The position numbers and the translations under genes were made by a program. This document shows, one piece after another, positions 27,403 through 39,209 of a stretch of DNA of 64,000 nt. Position 1 is the first letter of the stretch, and every line of letters starts with the position of its first letter. The notes under the pieces are model-generated. The model searched no databases. It had not been told where the DNA came from and saw only the letters and a list, made by a program, of their open reading frames with translations. This DNA comes from an uncultured Pseudomonadota bacterium (GTDB taxonomy: Bacteria; Vulcanimicrobiota; Vulcanimicrobiia; Eremiobacterales; Eremiobacteraceae), in NCBI GenBank assembly GCA_963736005.1, contig CAVTNB010000001.1, positions 1,600,001-1,664,000 of the forward strand. Reading direction: 5' to 3'.

Positions 27403-28857
27403 ATGAAGTCTTTGGATGTTTCCCGGGTGTCTTTGCGGCTGGGCAATGCGCTTGTTGAGTCCGCTGGAGAATATGTCGACGTCACTGATCCTTCGACTGG
27501 GGACGTTCTTGCGCGCGTGCCACGCACCACACCTGAGGAAATCGATCGAGCCGTAGACTGCGCGCGGGCGGCCTATGACGGATGGTCAGCGCTCCCGGTT
27601 GTCGAACGCGCCCATCGCTTTTTCTCGTTTGCAACCTTGCTCGACAAGCACAAAGAAGAACTGGCGCGGCTTGTTTGTCAGGAGAACGGTAAGTCGCTGG
27701 CAGACGCGAGGGCCGAGGTGCGGCGGGCGATCGAGTTGGTTGAATTTGCGTGCGGCACACCCACGCTGCTCATGGGCGACAGCCTCGAAGACGTCGCGCG
27801 CGGCATCGATTCGCAAAGCATCCGTCAGCCCCTGGGCGTGTGCGTCGGCATCACACCGTTTAACTTTCCCGCGATGGTGCCGCTGTGGATGTATCCGCTG
27901 GCGATTGCAGCCGGCAACACGTTCGTCCTCAAGCCATCGCCGCTGACGCCGCTCTCTGCCATGCGAGCAGCCGACCTATTCTACGAGTGCGACTTCCCAA
28001 CCGGTACCTTGAACGTCGTGCACGGCGACAAGGATGCGGTTGACGCACTCATCACGCACAAGGACGTGCGCGCCGTATCGTTTGTCGGATCGTCGAAAGT
28101 TGCTCGACACGTCCAACAGCTCGCGGTCGAACACCACAAGCGCGTCCAAGCGCTGGGCGGTGCGAAGAACCATCTCGTTGTCATGCCCGACGGAGTGAGT
28201 GAGACCACACGCGATGCAATCATGTCCTCGGCGTTCGGTGGCGCAGGCGAGCGCTGCCTGGCCGGGTCGGTGGTGGTGGCGGTTGGTACCGCCGGCGACA
28301 AACTCATGCCCCTGCTGCGCGACGCCTGCAACCGTCTTACGCTTGGGATCGCGCTGGACGAGCGCACAGGGATGGGACCAATCATCAGCCCCGAGGCGAA
28401 GGCGCGGATCGAAGGCTATATAGATGAAGGTACGCGCAGCGGCTTCGACGTTGTTTGCGACGGCCGCAAGGCGCACGCCCCAAATGCCGGCGGGACGTTC
28501 TTGGGTCCGACTATTTTCGATCGAGTCGATCCAAACTCGCGCGTCGCACGCGAAGAAATCTTTGGACCAGTTCTATCCATCATCCGAGCACCGGACCTCG
28601 AGAGCGCGATTCGTCTTGCCAACTCATCGCCGTACGGCAATGCGGCATCGATCTTTACCCAAAGCGGAGGCGCGGCACGAACGTTTGCGTCGCAAATCGA
28701 AGCGGGCATGGTGGGCATCAATGTCGGCGTGGCTGCACCCATGGCGTTTTTCCCGTTCGGCGGCGTCAAGGACTCGCTGTTCGGCGACCTGCGCATGCAC
28801 GGCAAAGATGGCGCGGCATTCTACACACAGCAGAAAGTGGTGATTACGCGCTGGTGA
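27403..28857 (+). CDS. mmsA: CoA-acylating (methyl)malonate-semialdehyde dehydrogenase
   Basis: ITPFNFPAMVPLW, SFVGSS, LGGAKNH, AFGGAGERCLA, EEIFGPV, FFPFGG.KDS.FGD. Confidence 0.93.
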   Translation: MKSLDVSRVSLRLGNALVESAGEYVDVTDPSTGDVLARVPRTTPEEIDRAVDCARAAYDGWSALPVVERAHRFFSFATLLDKHKEELARLVCQENGKSLADARAEVRRAIELVEFACGTPTLLMGDSLEDVARGIDSQSIRQPLGVCVGITPFNFPAMVPLWMYPLAIAAGNTFVLKPSPLTPLSAMRAADLFYECDFPTGTLNVVHGDKDAVDALITHKDVRAVSFVGSSKVARHVQQLAVEHHKRVQALGGAKNHLVVMPDGVSETTRDAIMSSAFGGAGERCLAGSVVVAVGTAGDKLMPLLRDACNRLTLGIALDERTGMGPIISPEAKARIEGYIDEGTRSGFDVVCDGRKAHAPNAGGTFLGPTIFDRVDPNSRVAREEIFGPVLSIIRAPDLESAIRLANSSPYGNAASIFTQSGGAARTFASQIEAGMVGINVGVAAPMAFFPFGGVKDSLFGDLRMHGKDGAAFYTQQKVVITRW

Positions 28858-30168
28858 ACGGCCTCAATGATTCCATCCACAAAGAATTATCTCGACTCGA
28901 GGTGGTCGCCGAGGCCAATCGCTGTCTGTTCTGCTATGATGCGCCCTGTATGCGCGCGTGCCCGACCCACATCGACGTCGCATCGTTCATCAAGAAGATT
29001 ACCACCGGCAACCTGCTTGGCAGCGCCCGCACGATCATGGACGCCAATCCCATGGGCGCCAGCTGCGCTCGCGTCTGTCCGACGGAGAATCTGTGCGAGG
29101 GCGCGTGCGTCTACACAAAAGATAGCTGGCCATCCGAATCGGGGACCTCCAGCGCTACGCTACCGATTGGGCGCGCGAGAACGGCGTCCGGCTCTTTGAA
29201 CCAGGGACGCCGACCGGCAAGAAGGTTGCCATCATCGGCGGCGGACCAGCGGGGCTTTCGGCAGCGCGCGAGCTGCGCCGCATGGGTCACGCCGTCACAA
29301 TCTATGAGAGCAAAAAGGACGCAGGCGGCCTCAACACCTATGGCATCGTGCCGTTCCGGCTGGCGTTGGATGTCGCGCTGTGGGAGGCGCAGCAGGTCAT
29401 CGATATGGGCGTCGATATGCGAACGGGCGTCACCGTCGGCAAGGATGTCGCGCTCGACGAGCTCTTGAAAAATTTCGATGCGACCATCGTAGCCTGCGGC
29501 ATGGGCAACGTTCCCAAGCTCGGCATCCCCGGTGAAGACTTGCAAGGCGTGTTGGATGCCCTGGATGTCATCGAGCGTGCGAAGATCGACGGCTCCGTGC
29601 GGGAGCTCGGATCGAGCATCGCGGTGATTGGGGCGGAAACACCGCCATCGATGCGCTCACGTGCGCGAAGCGGCTTGGGATCGAACGGGTCACGATGTAC
29701 TACCGGCGCACCGAGGACGAGATGACCGCCTATCCTTTCGAATACGAATTCGCAAAGCAGGAGGGCATCGAGTTCCGTTGGCACTGTTCTCCAAAACGCA
29801 TTCTCGGTACAAACGGGAGAGTCAGCGGTGTTGAGTTCGTCCGAACGCGCCACCAAGCCGCCGGCGGCAGCTCGCGTTCCGCACCCGCCGAGGTGCCAGA
29901 CTCTGAGTTCGTCGCGGAAGTGGACACCGTGATCCGCGCTATCGGTCAGAGCAGGCGCGTGGACCTTTTCGATCAGCTCGGCATCAAACACGAGGGCGGG
30001 GTCGTGCAAGTCGACAGTGACCTGCGAACGAGTCGAGCAGGCATCTTCGCAGCCGGCGATTGTATTTTTGCGAAAGGCAGTCGCGAAGCGATGGTCGTCG
30101 AAGCCGCAGAGCAAGGCAAGATTGCTGCCCGCAGCGTCAACCGTGTATTGGAGCAACGTCATGGCTGA
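28854..30168 (+). CDS. preT: Dihydropyrimidine dehydrogenase subunit A (frameshifts near 29131 and 29631)
   Basis: EANRCLFCYDAPC..ACPT, CARVCP, IIGGGPAG, reconstructed IGGGNTAID, FAAGDC; split over three frames. Confidence 0.85.
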
Positions 30169-31420
30169 TCTCAATGTGAACCTTGCGGGCATCAAGAGCC
30201 CGAACCCATTCTGGCTAGCGTCAGCGCCGCCGACGAACAGCGGGTATCAAGTGATGCGCGCGTTCGAAGCCGGCTGGGGCGGTGCGGTGTGGAAAACGCT
30301 TGGCGATCCGATCGTGAACGTAACCTCGCGATTTGCGGGCCTTGATTGGAAAGGCGAGCGCATGATCGGCATGAACAACATCGAGCTCATCACCGACCGC
30401 TCGCTCGAGGACAACTTGCGTGAAATCAGGGAAGTGAAGAAGCGATTTCCCGAACGCCCGATTATTGCTTCGCTGATGGAAGAACCCAAACGCGACAAGT
30501 GGCACGAGCTTGTCAACAAGGTGCAAGACGCAGGCGTCGATGGGTTCGAACTCAACTTCGGCTGCCCGCACGGCATGTCCGAGCGTGGCATGGGATCCGC
30601 GGTCGGTCAAGTACCCGAGTTGATCGCGCAGAATACTGCGTGGGTAGTTGAAGCCTCCAAGGTGCCGGTGATCGTGAAGCTCACCCCCAACATCACCGAT
30701 ATTCGTTACTGCGCTCGCGGTGCGACGCAAGGCGGAGCGCACGCGATTAGCCTGATCAATACCATAAACAGTCTCATCGGCGTGGATCTCGATACCTGGA
30801 AGCCGATCCCACAAGTAGACGGTATGAGCACCCACGGTGGGTACTGCGGACCGGCAGTAAAGCCAATCGCCCTCAACATGGTCGCAGAGTGCGCGCGCGA
30901 TCCTCAGGTTCGCATTCCAGTCTCGGGCATCGGTGGCATCGCAACCTGGCAGGATGCCGTCGAATTCATGCTCATGGGCGCCACCACAGTGCAGGTATGC
31001 ACGGCGGTCATGCATCACGGCTTCCGCATTGTCGAAGACATGATCGATGGATTGAACAACTACTTGAATGGACGCCAAATCAAGTCAGCGAGCGATCTCA
31101 TCGGCAAGTCTGTCCAGACTATGACCACGTGGGAAAATCTCAACCTGCGGTACAAACTGATCGCGCGCATCGATCAGGACAAGTGCATCCACTGCAACAA
31201 GTGCTGGGTTGCATGCGAAGATGCGGCGCATCAGTGCATCGATCGCGTCGAGCAACCCAGTGGCGTCACGAACCTCGTCGTCGACGAGAAGGAATGTGTA
31301 GGCTGCAACTTGTGCTACATGGTGTGCCCCGTGGAGGACTGCATTTCAATGATCGAAGTCGACACCGGCTTGCCCTCGCAAACCTGGAAGCAACGCCAAG
31401 CGGCTCAGGCAGCATCCTGA
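30161..31420 (+). CDS. preA: Dihydropyrimidine dehydrogenase subunit B
   Basis: NPFWLASAPPT, ELNFGCPHGM, KLTPN, GGYCGPAVKPIAL; two C-terminal 4Fe-4S motifs. Confidence 0.95.
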   Translation: MADLNVNLAGIKSPNPFWLASAPPTNSGYQVMRAFEAGWGGAVWKTLGDPIVNVTSRFAGLDWKGERMIGMNNIELITDRSLEDNLREIREVKKRFPERPIIASLMEEPKRDKWHELVNKVQDAGVDGFELNFGCPHGMSERGMGSAVGQVPELIAQNTAWVVEASKVPVIVKLTPNITDIRYCARGATQGGAHAISLINTINSLIGVDLDTWKPIPQVDGMSTHGGYCGPAVKPIALNMVAECARDPQVRIPVSGIGGIATWQDAVEFMLMGATTVQVCTAVMHHGFRIVEDMIDGLNNYLNGRQIKSASDLIGKSVQTMTTWENLNLRYKLIARIDQDKCIHCNKCWVACEDAAHQCIDRVEQPSGVTNLVVDEKECVGCNLCYMVCPVEDCISMIEVDTGLPSQTWKQRQAAQAAS

Positions 31421-32814
31421 TGGGCACGCTCATCCGCGGCGGCACCATCGTCACCGCGACGGACGTCAATCGGGCGGACATCCTCGTTGAAGGCGAGACG
31501 GTTTCGCAACTTGCTAAGCGCGTGACCGAATCAGGCCATGACGTGGTGGATGCTTCTGGATGCTATGTCTTCCCCGGCGGCATCGATCCGCACACGCATC
31601 TCGACATGCCGTTCGGCGGCACCGTCACGGCTGACGACTTTGAGTCAGGCACCATTGCCGCCGCGCTTGGAGGCACGACGACTATCATCGATTTTGCCTT
31701 GCATCAGCGCGGAGATTCGCTTCACAACGCGCTCAAAAAATGGCACGCCAAGGCAAAAGGTAAGGCCGTTATCGACTATGCCTTTCATTTGACGATTGCT
31801 GACGGTCGCGATGAAACGATGAACGAGATCCGCGAACTGATCGAGCAGGAGGGCGTCAATTCATTCAAGGTGTTCATGGCCTACAAGGGCGTCCTGCAAG
31901 TCGACGACGAGACAATTTTCAAAACGCTCAAGGCGGCCGCGGCGTACGGCGGTCTCGTCCAGCTCCACGCGGAAAACGGCGACGTCATCGACGTCATGAT
32001 CGCGGAGGCGCGCCGCAAGGGCCACAAAGAGCCCAAGTATCATGCGCTGACGCGCCCAGTGGAAGCAGAGGGCGAGGCGACCAGTCGCGGCGATTCGCTT
32101 GGCCGAGATGGCCGGTGCGCCGCTCTACGTCGTGCACGTGTCAAGCGCCATGGCGGCCGATGCAATCAGCGACGGACGCAAGCGCGGTCTGCCGATCTAC
32201 GGCGAGACGTGTCCCGCAGTATCTTGTGTGCGATACCTCGGACTACGAGCGGCCGGACTTTGCCGGTGCCAACTACGTCATGTCGCCCCCGCTGCGCGAC
32301 AAATGGAATCAGAGCGTTCTGCTGCGCAAGCTCAAGAATATGGAGCTGCAGGCGTTTGGTTCCGACCAATGCTCGTTCAACCACAAAGGCCAAAAGGAGC
32401 TTGGGAAAGACGACTTCTCCAAGATTCCCAATGGCGCGCCAACCATCGAAGACCGATTGGCCATCTTGTATCAAGTCGGCGTCAACTCCGGCGTCATGGG
32501 CCTCAACACGTTCGTCGCTGTCGACGTCGACCAATCCTGCGAAGCTCTTCGGATTGTTCCCGCGCAAAGGCACGATCGCGGTGGGCAGCGACGCCGACAT
32601 CTTGGTCTGGGATCCAAAGTCGGAGCGAACGATCTCGGCGCAGTCGCACCACATGAACGCGGACAACAACATCTTCGAGGGCATCAAGGTCAAGGGACGG
32701 CCGCGCTTCGTTTTTTCGCGCGGTCGGAAAATTGTCGATGACGGGAAGTTTACGGGCTCGCCGGGCATCGGCGCATTCCAAAAATGCGATAAGTTCTTTC
32801 CGGTTCAGTTGTAA
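31420..32814 (+). CDS. hydA: Dihydropyrimidinase (frameshifts near 32089, 32213, 32521)
   Basis: PGGIDPHTH, FKVFMAY, HAENG, YVVHVS, VMSPPLR, IPNG, STNPAKLFGLFPRKG. Confidence 0.88.
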   Translation: MGTLIRGGTIVTATDVNRADILVEGETVSQLAKRVTESGHDVVDASGCYVFPGGIDPHTHLDMPFGGTVTADDFESGTIAAALGGTTTIIDFALHQRGDSLHNALKKWHAKAKGKAVIDYAFHLTIADGRDETMNEIRELIEQEGVNSFKVFMAYKGVLQVDDETIFKTLKAAAAYGGLVQLHAENGDVIDVMIAEARRKGHKEPKYHALTRPVEAEGEATSRGDSLGRDGRCAALRRARVKRHGGRCNQRRTQARSADLRRDVSRSILCAIPRTTSGRTLPVPTTSCRPRCATNGIRAFCCASSRIWSCRRLVPTNARSTTKAKRSLGKTTSPRFPMARQPSKTDWPSCIKSASTPASWASTRSSLSTSTNPAKLFGLFPRKGTIAVGSDADILVWDPKSERTISAQSHHMNADNNIFEGIKVKGRPRFVFSRGRKIVDDGKFTGSPGIGAFQKCDKFFPVQL

Positions 32815-32835
32815 AGCGCACCCGGAGGATTGGGC

Positions 32836-33723
32836 ATGCCTTCCAAAGCGATCATCGGGTTGATTCAGGCGCACCACGACGTCGACGGCGGCGCGCCGGT
32901 TGAGGAGCACAAGAAGAAAGCAATCGAAAAACATCTGCGACTGATCCGCGAGGCCAAGCAAAAGGCGCGCAGATCGTCTGCCTGCAAGAGTTGTTCTACG
33001 GGCCGTACTTCTGCACCGAGCAAAACCCGAAGTGGTATGCGGCTGCCGAGCGGATTCCCGACGGTCCAACGACACAGCTGATGCGCGGACCTGGCAAAAG
33101 AGCTCGGCATCGTGCTCGTCGTTCCGATGTACGAAGAAGAATTCTCCGGCCTGTATTACAACACAGCGGCCGTTATCGACGCCGACGGCAAGTATCTCGG
33201 CAAGTATCGCAAGCATCATCTGCCCGCAAGTCGCAGCCGGGCCGCTCAGGCTGCGGGTTCTGGGAAAAATACTACTTCAGACCGGGGAATCTGGGCTACC
33301 CAGTTTTCGAAACGGCGTTTGCAAAGATTGGCGTCTACATCTGCTACGATCGCCACTTCCCCGAGGGCGCGCGCGCGCTCGGCCTGGGCGGCGCCGAGAT
33401 CGTCTTCAATCCATCGGCAACCGTGGCCGGTCTCTCGGAATATCTGTGGAAACTCGAACAGCCAGCGCACGCCGTCGCCAACGGCTATTACGTGGGCGCG
33501 ATCAACCGCGTCGGGTTGGGAAACGCCCTGGAACATGGGAGAGTTCTACGGGCAGGCCTACTTGGCCGATCCTCGCGGCCAGATTGTCGCGATCGGTAGC
33601 CGCGACAAAGATGAAGTGGTCATCGGCGTGATGGACCGCGATCTCATCACAGAGGTTCGCAACACGTGGCAGTTCTTCCGCGACCGTCGGCCCGAGACGT
33701 ATGACAGCCTTGTAAAGATCTGA
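32836..33723 (+). CDS. Nitrilase-family beta-ureidopropionase (four frameshifts)
   Basis: Catalytic triad CLQE / KYRKHH / ICYDRH; FWEKYYFRPG; FFRDRRPETY; operon context. Confidence 0.85.
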
Positions 33724-35185
33724 TGGCCACCGACACGCAAGTTCAAGTAGGCGACGTCGTCGTGCTGACCGATGCAGCTATTGCAAAGGTCAGCGGGGAG
33801 CCGAGCTCTTTGGAACGAGGATCTGCGCCCGTGCACGCTGGCCGAGCATACTTGGCCCGGAACGAGGTATGCGGCATTGTGGGTCGGCATGTGTTTGTGC
33901 TTGCCAACCTACTCGCTGGCCAGCGGTATGATCGCCCTTGGCATGAATTGGTGGGAGTCGGTGCTGACGATTCTCATCGGCAACTGTATCGTGCTCGTTC
34001 CCATCCTGTTGGTCTCGCATGCGGGCACGCGATATGGCATTCCATATCCAGTTTTTGCGCGACTGTGGTTCGGAACGCGCGGCGCGCACATTCCATCGTT
34101 GGCGAGGGCCGTCATTGCAGCCGGCTGGTTCGGCATCAATTCTTGGTTCGGCGGTCAGGCCGTCGACATCGATCTTCGGGAAGACAATAACCGGCTGGGA
34201 TGGCATAGGCATCCATCTGCCCTTGGCGTTCGCCATCTTCTGGGCCATCAACGTCGCCATCGCGATGCGCGGACCGCAAGCGATCGGACGGCTCACCGTT
34301 ATCGCGGCACCGACGCTGGCTGTCTTTGCAATCGCACTTTTTGTTTGGGCCCTCGTGCGCGCCGGCGGTTTCGGACCGATGCTCGCAACGCCCGCGCAGA
34401 TTCACGGTCCTGCGTTTTGGGCGGTCTTCTATCCGTCGGTTGTCGGTGTGATCGCGTTTTGGGCAACGCTCGCGTTAAACATCCCTGATTACACGCGATA
34501 CGCGAAAACACAACGTGGCCAGATGCTCGGGCAAGCGCTTTCGATGCCGCTGACGATGGCGCTGTTTTCTTTTCTCGGTATCGCGGTGACGTCGGCGACC
34601 GTGGCGTTATACGGCAAGGCGATATGGAACCCGGTCGAGCTGATTTTGAAGTTTCCAGCGGCTGTCATCGTGCTCGCAGGGCTCGTTATCGTCCTCTCGT
34701 CGGTCACCATCAATGTCGCAGCTAATGTAATGGCGCCCGCTCGCGCTTTTGAAAACCTGTGGCCGCGACGAATCAACTTCGCGCTCGGCGCGGTGATGAC
34801 TGGGCTCCTGAGTCTACTCATGCAGCCGTGGTACGTGCTGGCAGTGTACAGCCACTACATTTTTACGTGGTTGGGCACGTATGGTGCGATGTTGGGCCCG
34901 TTCGATGGCATAGCGATCGCCGATTACTGGCTCGTGCGTCGCAAGCAGCTCGACCTCGTACAGCTGTACACCCCGGGCGGCGCCTACTCGTATTCCAAAG
35001 GAATCAACCTGCGCGCGATCTTTGCACTGTTGTTCGGCTGGGGTGTCGCGCTACTCGGGTTGGTCACACCGCTGCATTTCTTATGGCGCGGCGGTTGGAT
35101 CTTTGGCATCCTCGGCGGACTTATCGCGTACTGGCTTTTGATGAAGAAGGAAAAGGTTGCTAACCTAGAGGTGACCACCAGGTAG
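33723..35185 (+). CDS. NCS1 nucleobase:cation symporter (two frameshifts)
   Basis: [52 protein letters not shown]. Confidence 0.88.
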
Positions 35186-36514
35186 CACGAGCGGAGCGCG
35201 CGGTGGTTGCGAGAAGTCGAAGTCATTGCGCAAATCTCCTAAGATTGGCGCGTTCTCGCGCACGTCTGGGCGCGGGTCAGGCCGCCCGTCGGTTCGCGGA
35301 TCTAGCCGGTTGCCCCCGAGAAAATCGTCTTCGATGAATTTTACGAAGGCGTCGAAGCTCAATGTTTGGTGATCGACAAAGCCCTTTCTGGCATAGGGAC
35401 TGATGACCATCGATGGGACACGCAAGCCGTAACCGTTTTCGTCCACACGCGGCGGCACGACGTGATCGTAGAAACCTCCCCAGTCGTCCCACGCCAGGAA
35501 GATGGCCGAGCTATTCCAGTCTGGGCTTTGCATCACAGCGTTGACGAGCGCTGTCACGTAGGCTTGTCCTCTGCTCACAAGCGCCGGGGGGTGTTCGCTG
35601 TAGGGCTGCGCCGGGCAGATCCAGACGACCGATGGGAGCGTACCGTTCTTCGCAGCCGCGAAGAAGTTCTTGAGCGGCGCAATGTTGCCAAGTTCCCCGT
35701 CCGCGTTGACCGTATCAAAGTGGGGCAGCGGGTTCCAAATGCCGGGCGTGTGCGCATTTTGGTTTCGCTGCGGCCCGTTCATGGAACCGTCTTCTGTGTC
35801 CGGTTCTAAGCCAGCCATGATGTAGTATGCCCAACTCACGTGGCTCTTGTGCAGCAGATACGTGAGATCGGTCCAGGGATAATCCGGCGGAACCTGCGCG
35901 CCAAAATCCATTGGAAGAGCTGGCTTATCGAGGGCGTTCGTGCAACTTGTGGGATCGCCAGCTCGCGTGCATATCGCCGACCACTCAGACACTAAGAAAA
36001 GATGTGCGGGCAAGCTCCACGATGCGTTGGGCTCGAACATTTTATCGTGTAGTACGTAGTTGTCCGCGTACGCCCAGTAATTGGGGAGCTCGTTGCGGTC
36101 GTGATAACCCATGACGTCGCGCCCTCCGCCGCAGCGCTCGTGGGGTGGCCGGCAATTGCGGGCGGCAGTTTCGGCATCCCCAACGAAGCCGTCCATCTTC
36201 CCGCCGTTGACGTCATTGACGGCATCGCGGGCTGAATGCGGTCCGCCGAGGTTGCGGTCGTTCGTATCGTGGTACGGCTTCAGGCATTGATTGGTTTGCG
36301 GGTCCTGGGAGCAGACGGTCGGCACGCCCCCGCTCATCGGAATTCCGTCCACACCGGGATACGTGCCAAAGTAGGAGTCAAAAGAACGGTTCTCTTGCAT
36401 GATGATGATGACGTGCTTGATATTATGGATGTCGCCAGATGCCGCTGCAACTCCGGCTTGAGCTACCATTGCTACGGCCGCAAGCAAGAGGACCACCGCG
36501 ATTGATACCTTCAT
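35165..36514 (-). CDS. Secreted phosphoesterase (phospholipase C/AcpA family)
   Basis: Signal peptide; [40 protein letters not shown]. Confidence 0.9.
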   Translation of the reverse strand: MKVSIAVVLLLAAVAMVAQAGVAAASGDIHNIKHVIIIMQENRSFDSYFGTYPGVDGIPMSGGVPTVCSQDPQTNQCLKPYHDTNDRNLGGPHSARDAVNDVNGGKMDGFVGDAETAARNCRPPHERCGGGRDVMGYHDRNELPNYWAYADNYVLHDKMFEPNASWSLPAHLFLVSEWSAICTRAGDPTSCTNALDKPALPMDFGAQVPPDYPWTDLTYLLHKSHVSWAYYIMAGLEPDTEDGSMNGPQRNQNAHTPGIWNPLPHFDTVNADGELGNIAPLKNFFAAAKNGTLPSVVWICPAQPYSEHPPALVSRGQAYVTALVNAVMQSPDWNSSAIFLAWDDWGGFYDHVVPPRVDENGYGLRVPSMVISPYARKGFVDHQTLSFDAFVKFIEDDFLGGNRLDPRTDGRPDPRPDVRENAPILGDLRNDFDFSQPPRAPLVLPGGHL

Positions 36515-36743
36515 GCCAAAATGCCTCCACGAGCTGATGGATCGCTCGCTTGCTTGTCGAAGATGATACCTCCTTCGCAAAAGATTTCTTTCGGGACTGT
36601 CGATTCCGTTCGAGTTTTGCACCGCTGCTCACGTCAAAACCAGACCAGGCAAAGGCGGGTCGCTGCTCGTGCTCAAATACCTTTGCCACAACCGGCAGGC
36701 TGCCTCGGATTCAGGGGCAGCCCTACCGTAGTTGGAGGCCGGC

Positions 36744-37309
36744 ATGTCGCTTGAAGCACTCCAGATAGCAGCATCTCTTCTCACCGCTGCCATTATCGGC
36801 GCAACCGCAATTGCCGCACTCATCCAGCTGCGCCACATACGCGCGAGCAACGAACTCAGCGCATTCAGTGAGGCGTTTGAGTTATGGTACTCCGCACCCA
36901 TTCAAGACGGCTTCAGATTCATACAACACGAACTAAAACAGAGGATGGATGACCCGCAGTTTCGGCAAGAGCTCGATACCGCTGGGGTTGTCGATCATGC
37001 AAAGCATCCGGAACTTAACGTCTGCGATTTCTTCGACAATATCGGCGTGATGGTGTCGCTCGGCCTATTGCGGGAAGACATTATTCTCCATCCGGGTGGA
37101 CAGCTGGTCGACAATCTTTGGACCCAGCTCAGCCCAACCATAGCAATCATGCGCGCAAGCGCGGGCGTCAATTGTATGTCTCTCTTGAGTATGTGGCGCA
37201 TCGAGCCAGGCTATGGCACGAGCGCTATCCAGACGGTTTTCAAATGCGCGGTTGGGAGCGACTTCCAAACCCCAACGTCTGGTTACGAGCCGACACAGAC
37301 GGACATTAA
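36744..37309 (+). CDS. Hypothetical N-terminal-TM protein (DUF4760-like), frameshift near 37158
   Basis: TAAIIGATAIAALIQLRH; C-terminus continues in another frame (LYVSLEYVAHRA..W...YPDG). Confidence 0.55.
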
Positions 37310-37398
37310 CACCTCATGACGTTGCCTTTAGGGTTGCTAGCCCCTTAGACTGACGCGGCAATTGGTCGATACTGGTATGAGGGACCAAACAGACGCCG

Positions 37399-38646
37399 AT
37401 GATAGCCGACTCCGCCTATTCTCACCTTCTGAGCGTTACAAGCTTCGTATCGCTGCTTTTTCAGATTGCCGCGACTGCCTTGATCGCGCTCTTGTCCTAC
37501 GTCATTGCTCGCTCGGTACAACGGCGCCTCATGCTCTATTGGAGCGTTGGCTGGATAGCTTATTGCTTTGCCTTAGTCGCAATTCTGTTAGCAAATATGG
37601 TCGGGTCGATACGCATCCCGATGTACTTCGCATACTTCTTCTTAGAATATGGCGCCGTACTTTCCATATTCGTCGCCTGCTACTCCATAGGCAGAAATCA
37701 CTTACCGCGTGCTGCAGTGGGATGGTGGCTGCTGCCCGCGGCCGCGATCGCTGCACTCCTCGCGACGCTCTCGGGTCCTTTCTCTGTTCCGTTCGCCGTG
37801 CACGGGGCGATCATGGGCGCGGCCTGGACTGCCTGTCTTGTTGCCCTGTGGCCTTCACTGGGCCGCGCGAGTTCAGGCCCTGGCGTGCGAATTGTTGCGG
37901 TAGGCTTGGCTTTGCTCGCCGTGGACTACGCGCAGCACTTGCCCACTGCGTTGCTCGCGATGGGCGCCAACATGCCGGCGAGTGCTTACTACTATACGAT
38001 CACCTCGCTCGTGGACGGCATGCTGGATTTTGTCCTCGGCTTTGGTACGGTTGTCGTCATCGTTGACGCTGTTCGCGCAGAACTGGAAACCGCCAATGCG
38101 CGGCTCATGATGGCCCATCAGCGCACCGAAGAGGCACTCCACCAAGATCCCATGACGGCGACACTCAACCGCTATTCATTCTCCTTTGCTTTTGGGCAAC
38201 ATGACGAAACGTCCAAGGTCAGCGGATCGGTCGTCGTGGTTGACGTGAACGATCTCAAGCTCATCAACGACACCTGCGGCCATGCCGCGGGCGATCAGGC
38301 TATCAAAGCCGTCGCGAGAGCGCTCGTCTCCCTCGTGCGGGCCGATGACCCCGTCTACCGATGGGGCGGCGACGAATTCGTGGTCGTCATGGTCAACGCG
38401 CAACGCGACCTTGCCGTGCGACGCATGCAGCGCTTGTCTGAGGCGATCGATAGGGAAGCAAGAGATCTGTCGTCACAGATTGGGCCCGTCAGCGCGAGTT
38501 TTGGAATCGCAACCTTCGACGCGGACACCAGTGTCGCGGCGGCCATAGAGCGGGCGGACGCGGCTATGTATGCAGCCAAGTCGAGCCGGCTACCGAGCAA
38601 TCGTACCGAGGCTCAGCAAGCATTAGGCGCGAGGTGGACGATTTAG
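37399..38646 (+). CDS. Membrane-bound diguanylate cyclase
   Basis: About 7 TM helices; DPMT, DVNDLKLIND..GH..GD, RADD I-site, intact GGDEF. Confidence 0.93.
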   Translation: MIADSAYSHLLSVTSFVSLLFQIAATALIALLSYVIARSVQRRLMLYWSVGWIAYCFALVAILLANMVGSIRIPMYFAYFFLEYGAVLSIFVACYSIGRNHLPRAAVGWWLLPAAAIAALLATLSGPFSVPFAVHGAIMGAAWTACLVALWPSLGRASSGPGVRIVAVGLALLAVDYAQHLPTALLAMGANMPASAYYYTITSLVDGMLDFVLGFGTVVVIVDAVRAELETANARLMMAHQRTEEALHQDPMTATLNRYSFSFAFGQHDETSKVSGSVVVVDVNDLKLINDTCGHAAGDQAIKAVARALVSLVRADDPVYRWGGDEFVVVMVNAQRDLAVRRMQRLSEAIDREARDLSSQIGPVSASFGIATFDADTSVAAAIERADAAMYAAKSSRLPSNRTEAQQALGARWTI

Positions 38647-39209
38647 CTTCGGCGGCTGCCGGGATCGTGCAGTGGCACGCCCTGCTGGCATAACGGACAT
38701 GCTTCTGGAGGATAATCCGCGAGTGGCAAGTCAAGCAGTGCGATGACTGGATAGGGGAGCGAAGGGTTACCCCGCTTGACGATGGCACCGACCACGCTCA
38801 CCTGCGCACCGGACGCCCTTACCACGTCAATGACTTCCATCGTCGACTTCCCAGTCGTCATCACATCCTCGACGACGGCAACCCGCTCTCCTAATTGAAG
38901 CTCGAATCCCCGGCGCAACGTGGGAATCCCATTTTCTTTCTCAACGAACATGCTGCGAACCCCCAAGTTCTTCGCGACGATGTACCCTGGTAAGATGCCG
39001 CCCACGGCGGCCGACACGACCACCTCCGGTTTGTAGGGCGAAAGCAAGTGGGCAAGGGTCGCCCCAACCTCTTCGGCCAGCGGTGGATCTTCGAAAAGGC
39101 GAAACTTTTGAATAAAACGATCGCTGTGCAAACCGCTGGATAGCCGGAAGTGCCCGGTGAGCAGCGCTCTTCGCTCTCCGAGTTTGTCGAGGAGTTCTTG
39201 GGGCGTCAC
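38643..39209 (-). CDS. pyrE: Orotate phosphoribosyltransferase
   Basis: GHFRLSSGLHS, VVEDVMTTGKS; pyr operon. Confidence 0.95.
   Translation of the reverse strand: MTPQELLDKLGERRALLTGHFRLSSGLHSDRFIQKFRLFEDPPLAEEVGATLAHLLSPYKPEVVVSAAVGGILPGYIVAKNLGVRSMFVEKENGIPTLRRGFELQLGERVAVVEDVMTTGKSTMEVIDVVRASGAQVSVVGAIVKRGNPSLPYPVIALLDLPLADYPPEACPLCQQGVPLHDPGSRRS

Noticed and set aside
29120..34180. Programmed ribosomal frameshifting in the catabolic operon
   Set aside because: Too many shifts in both directions and no slippery heptamers; sequencing error is more parsimonious.
36520..36740. ydaO/c-di-AMP riboswitch-like words and a hairpin upstream of the phosphoesterase
   Set aside because: Only a fragmentary resemblance (GTAGGG..CTGAATCCG); the other conserved elements are missing.
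37399..38646. Linking the diguanylate cyclase to control of the EPS cluster
   Set aside because: It is more than 10 kb away in a different block, and I saw no c-di-GMP receptor in the cluster.
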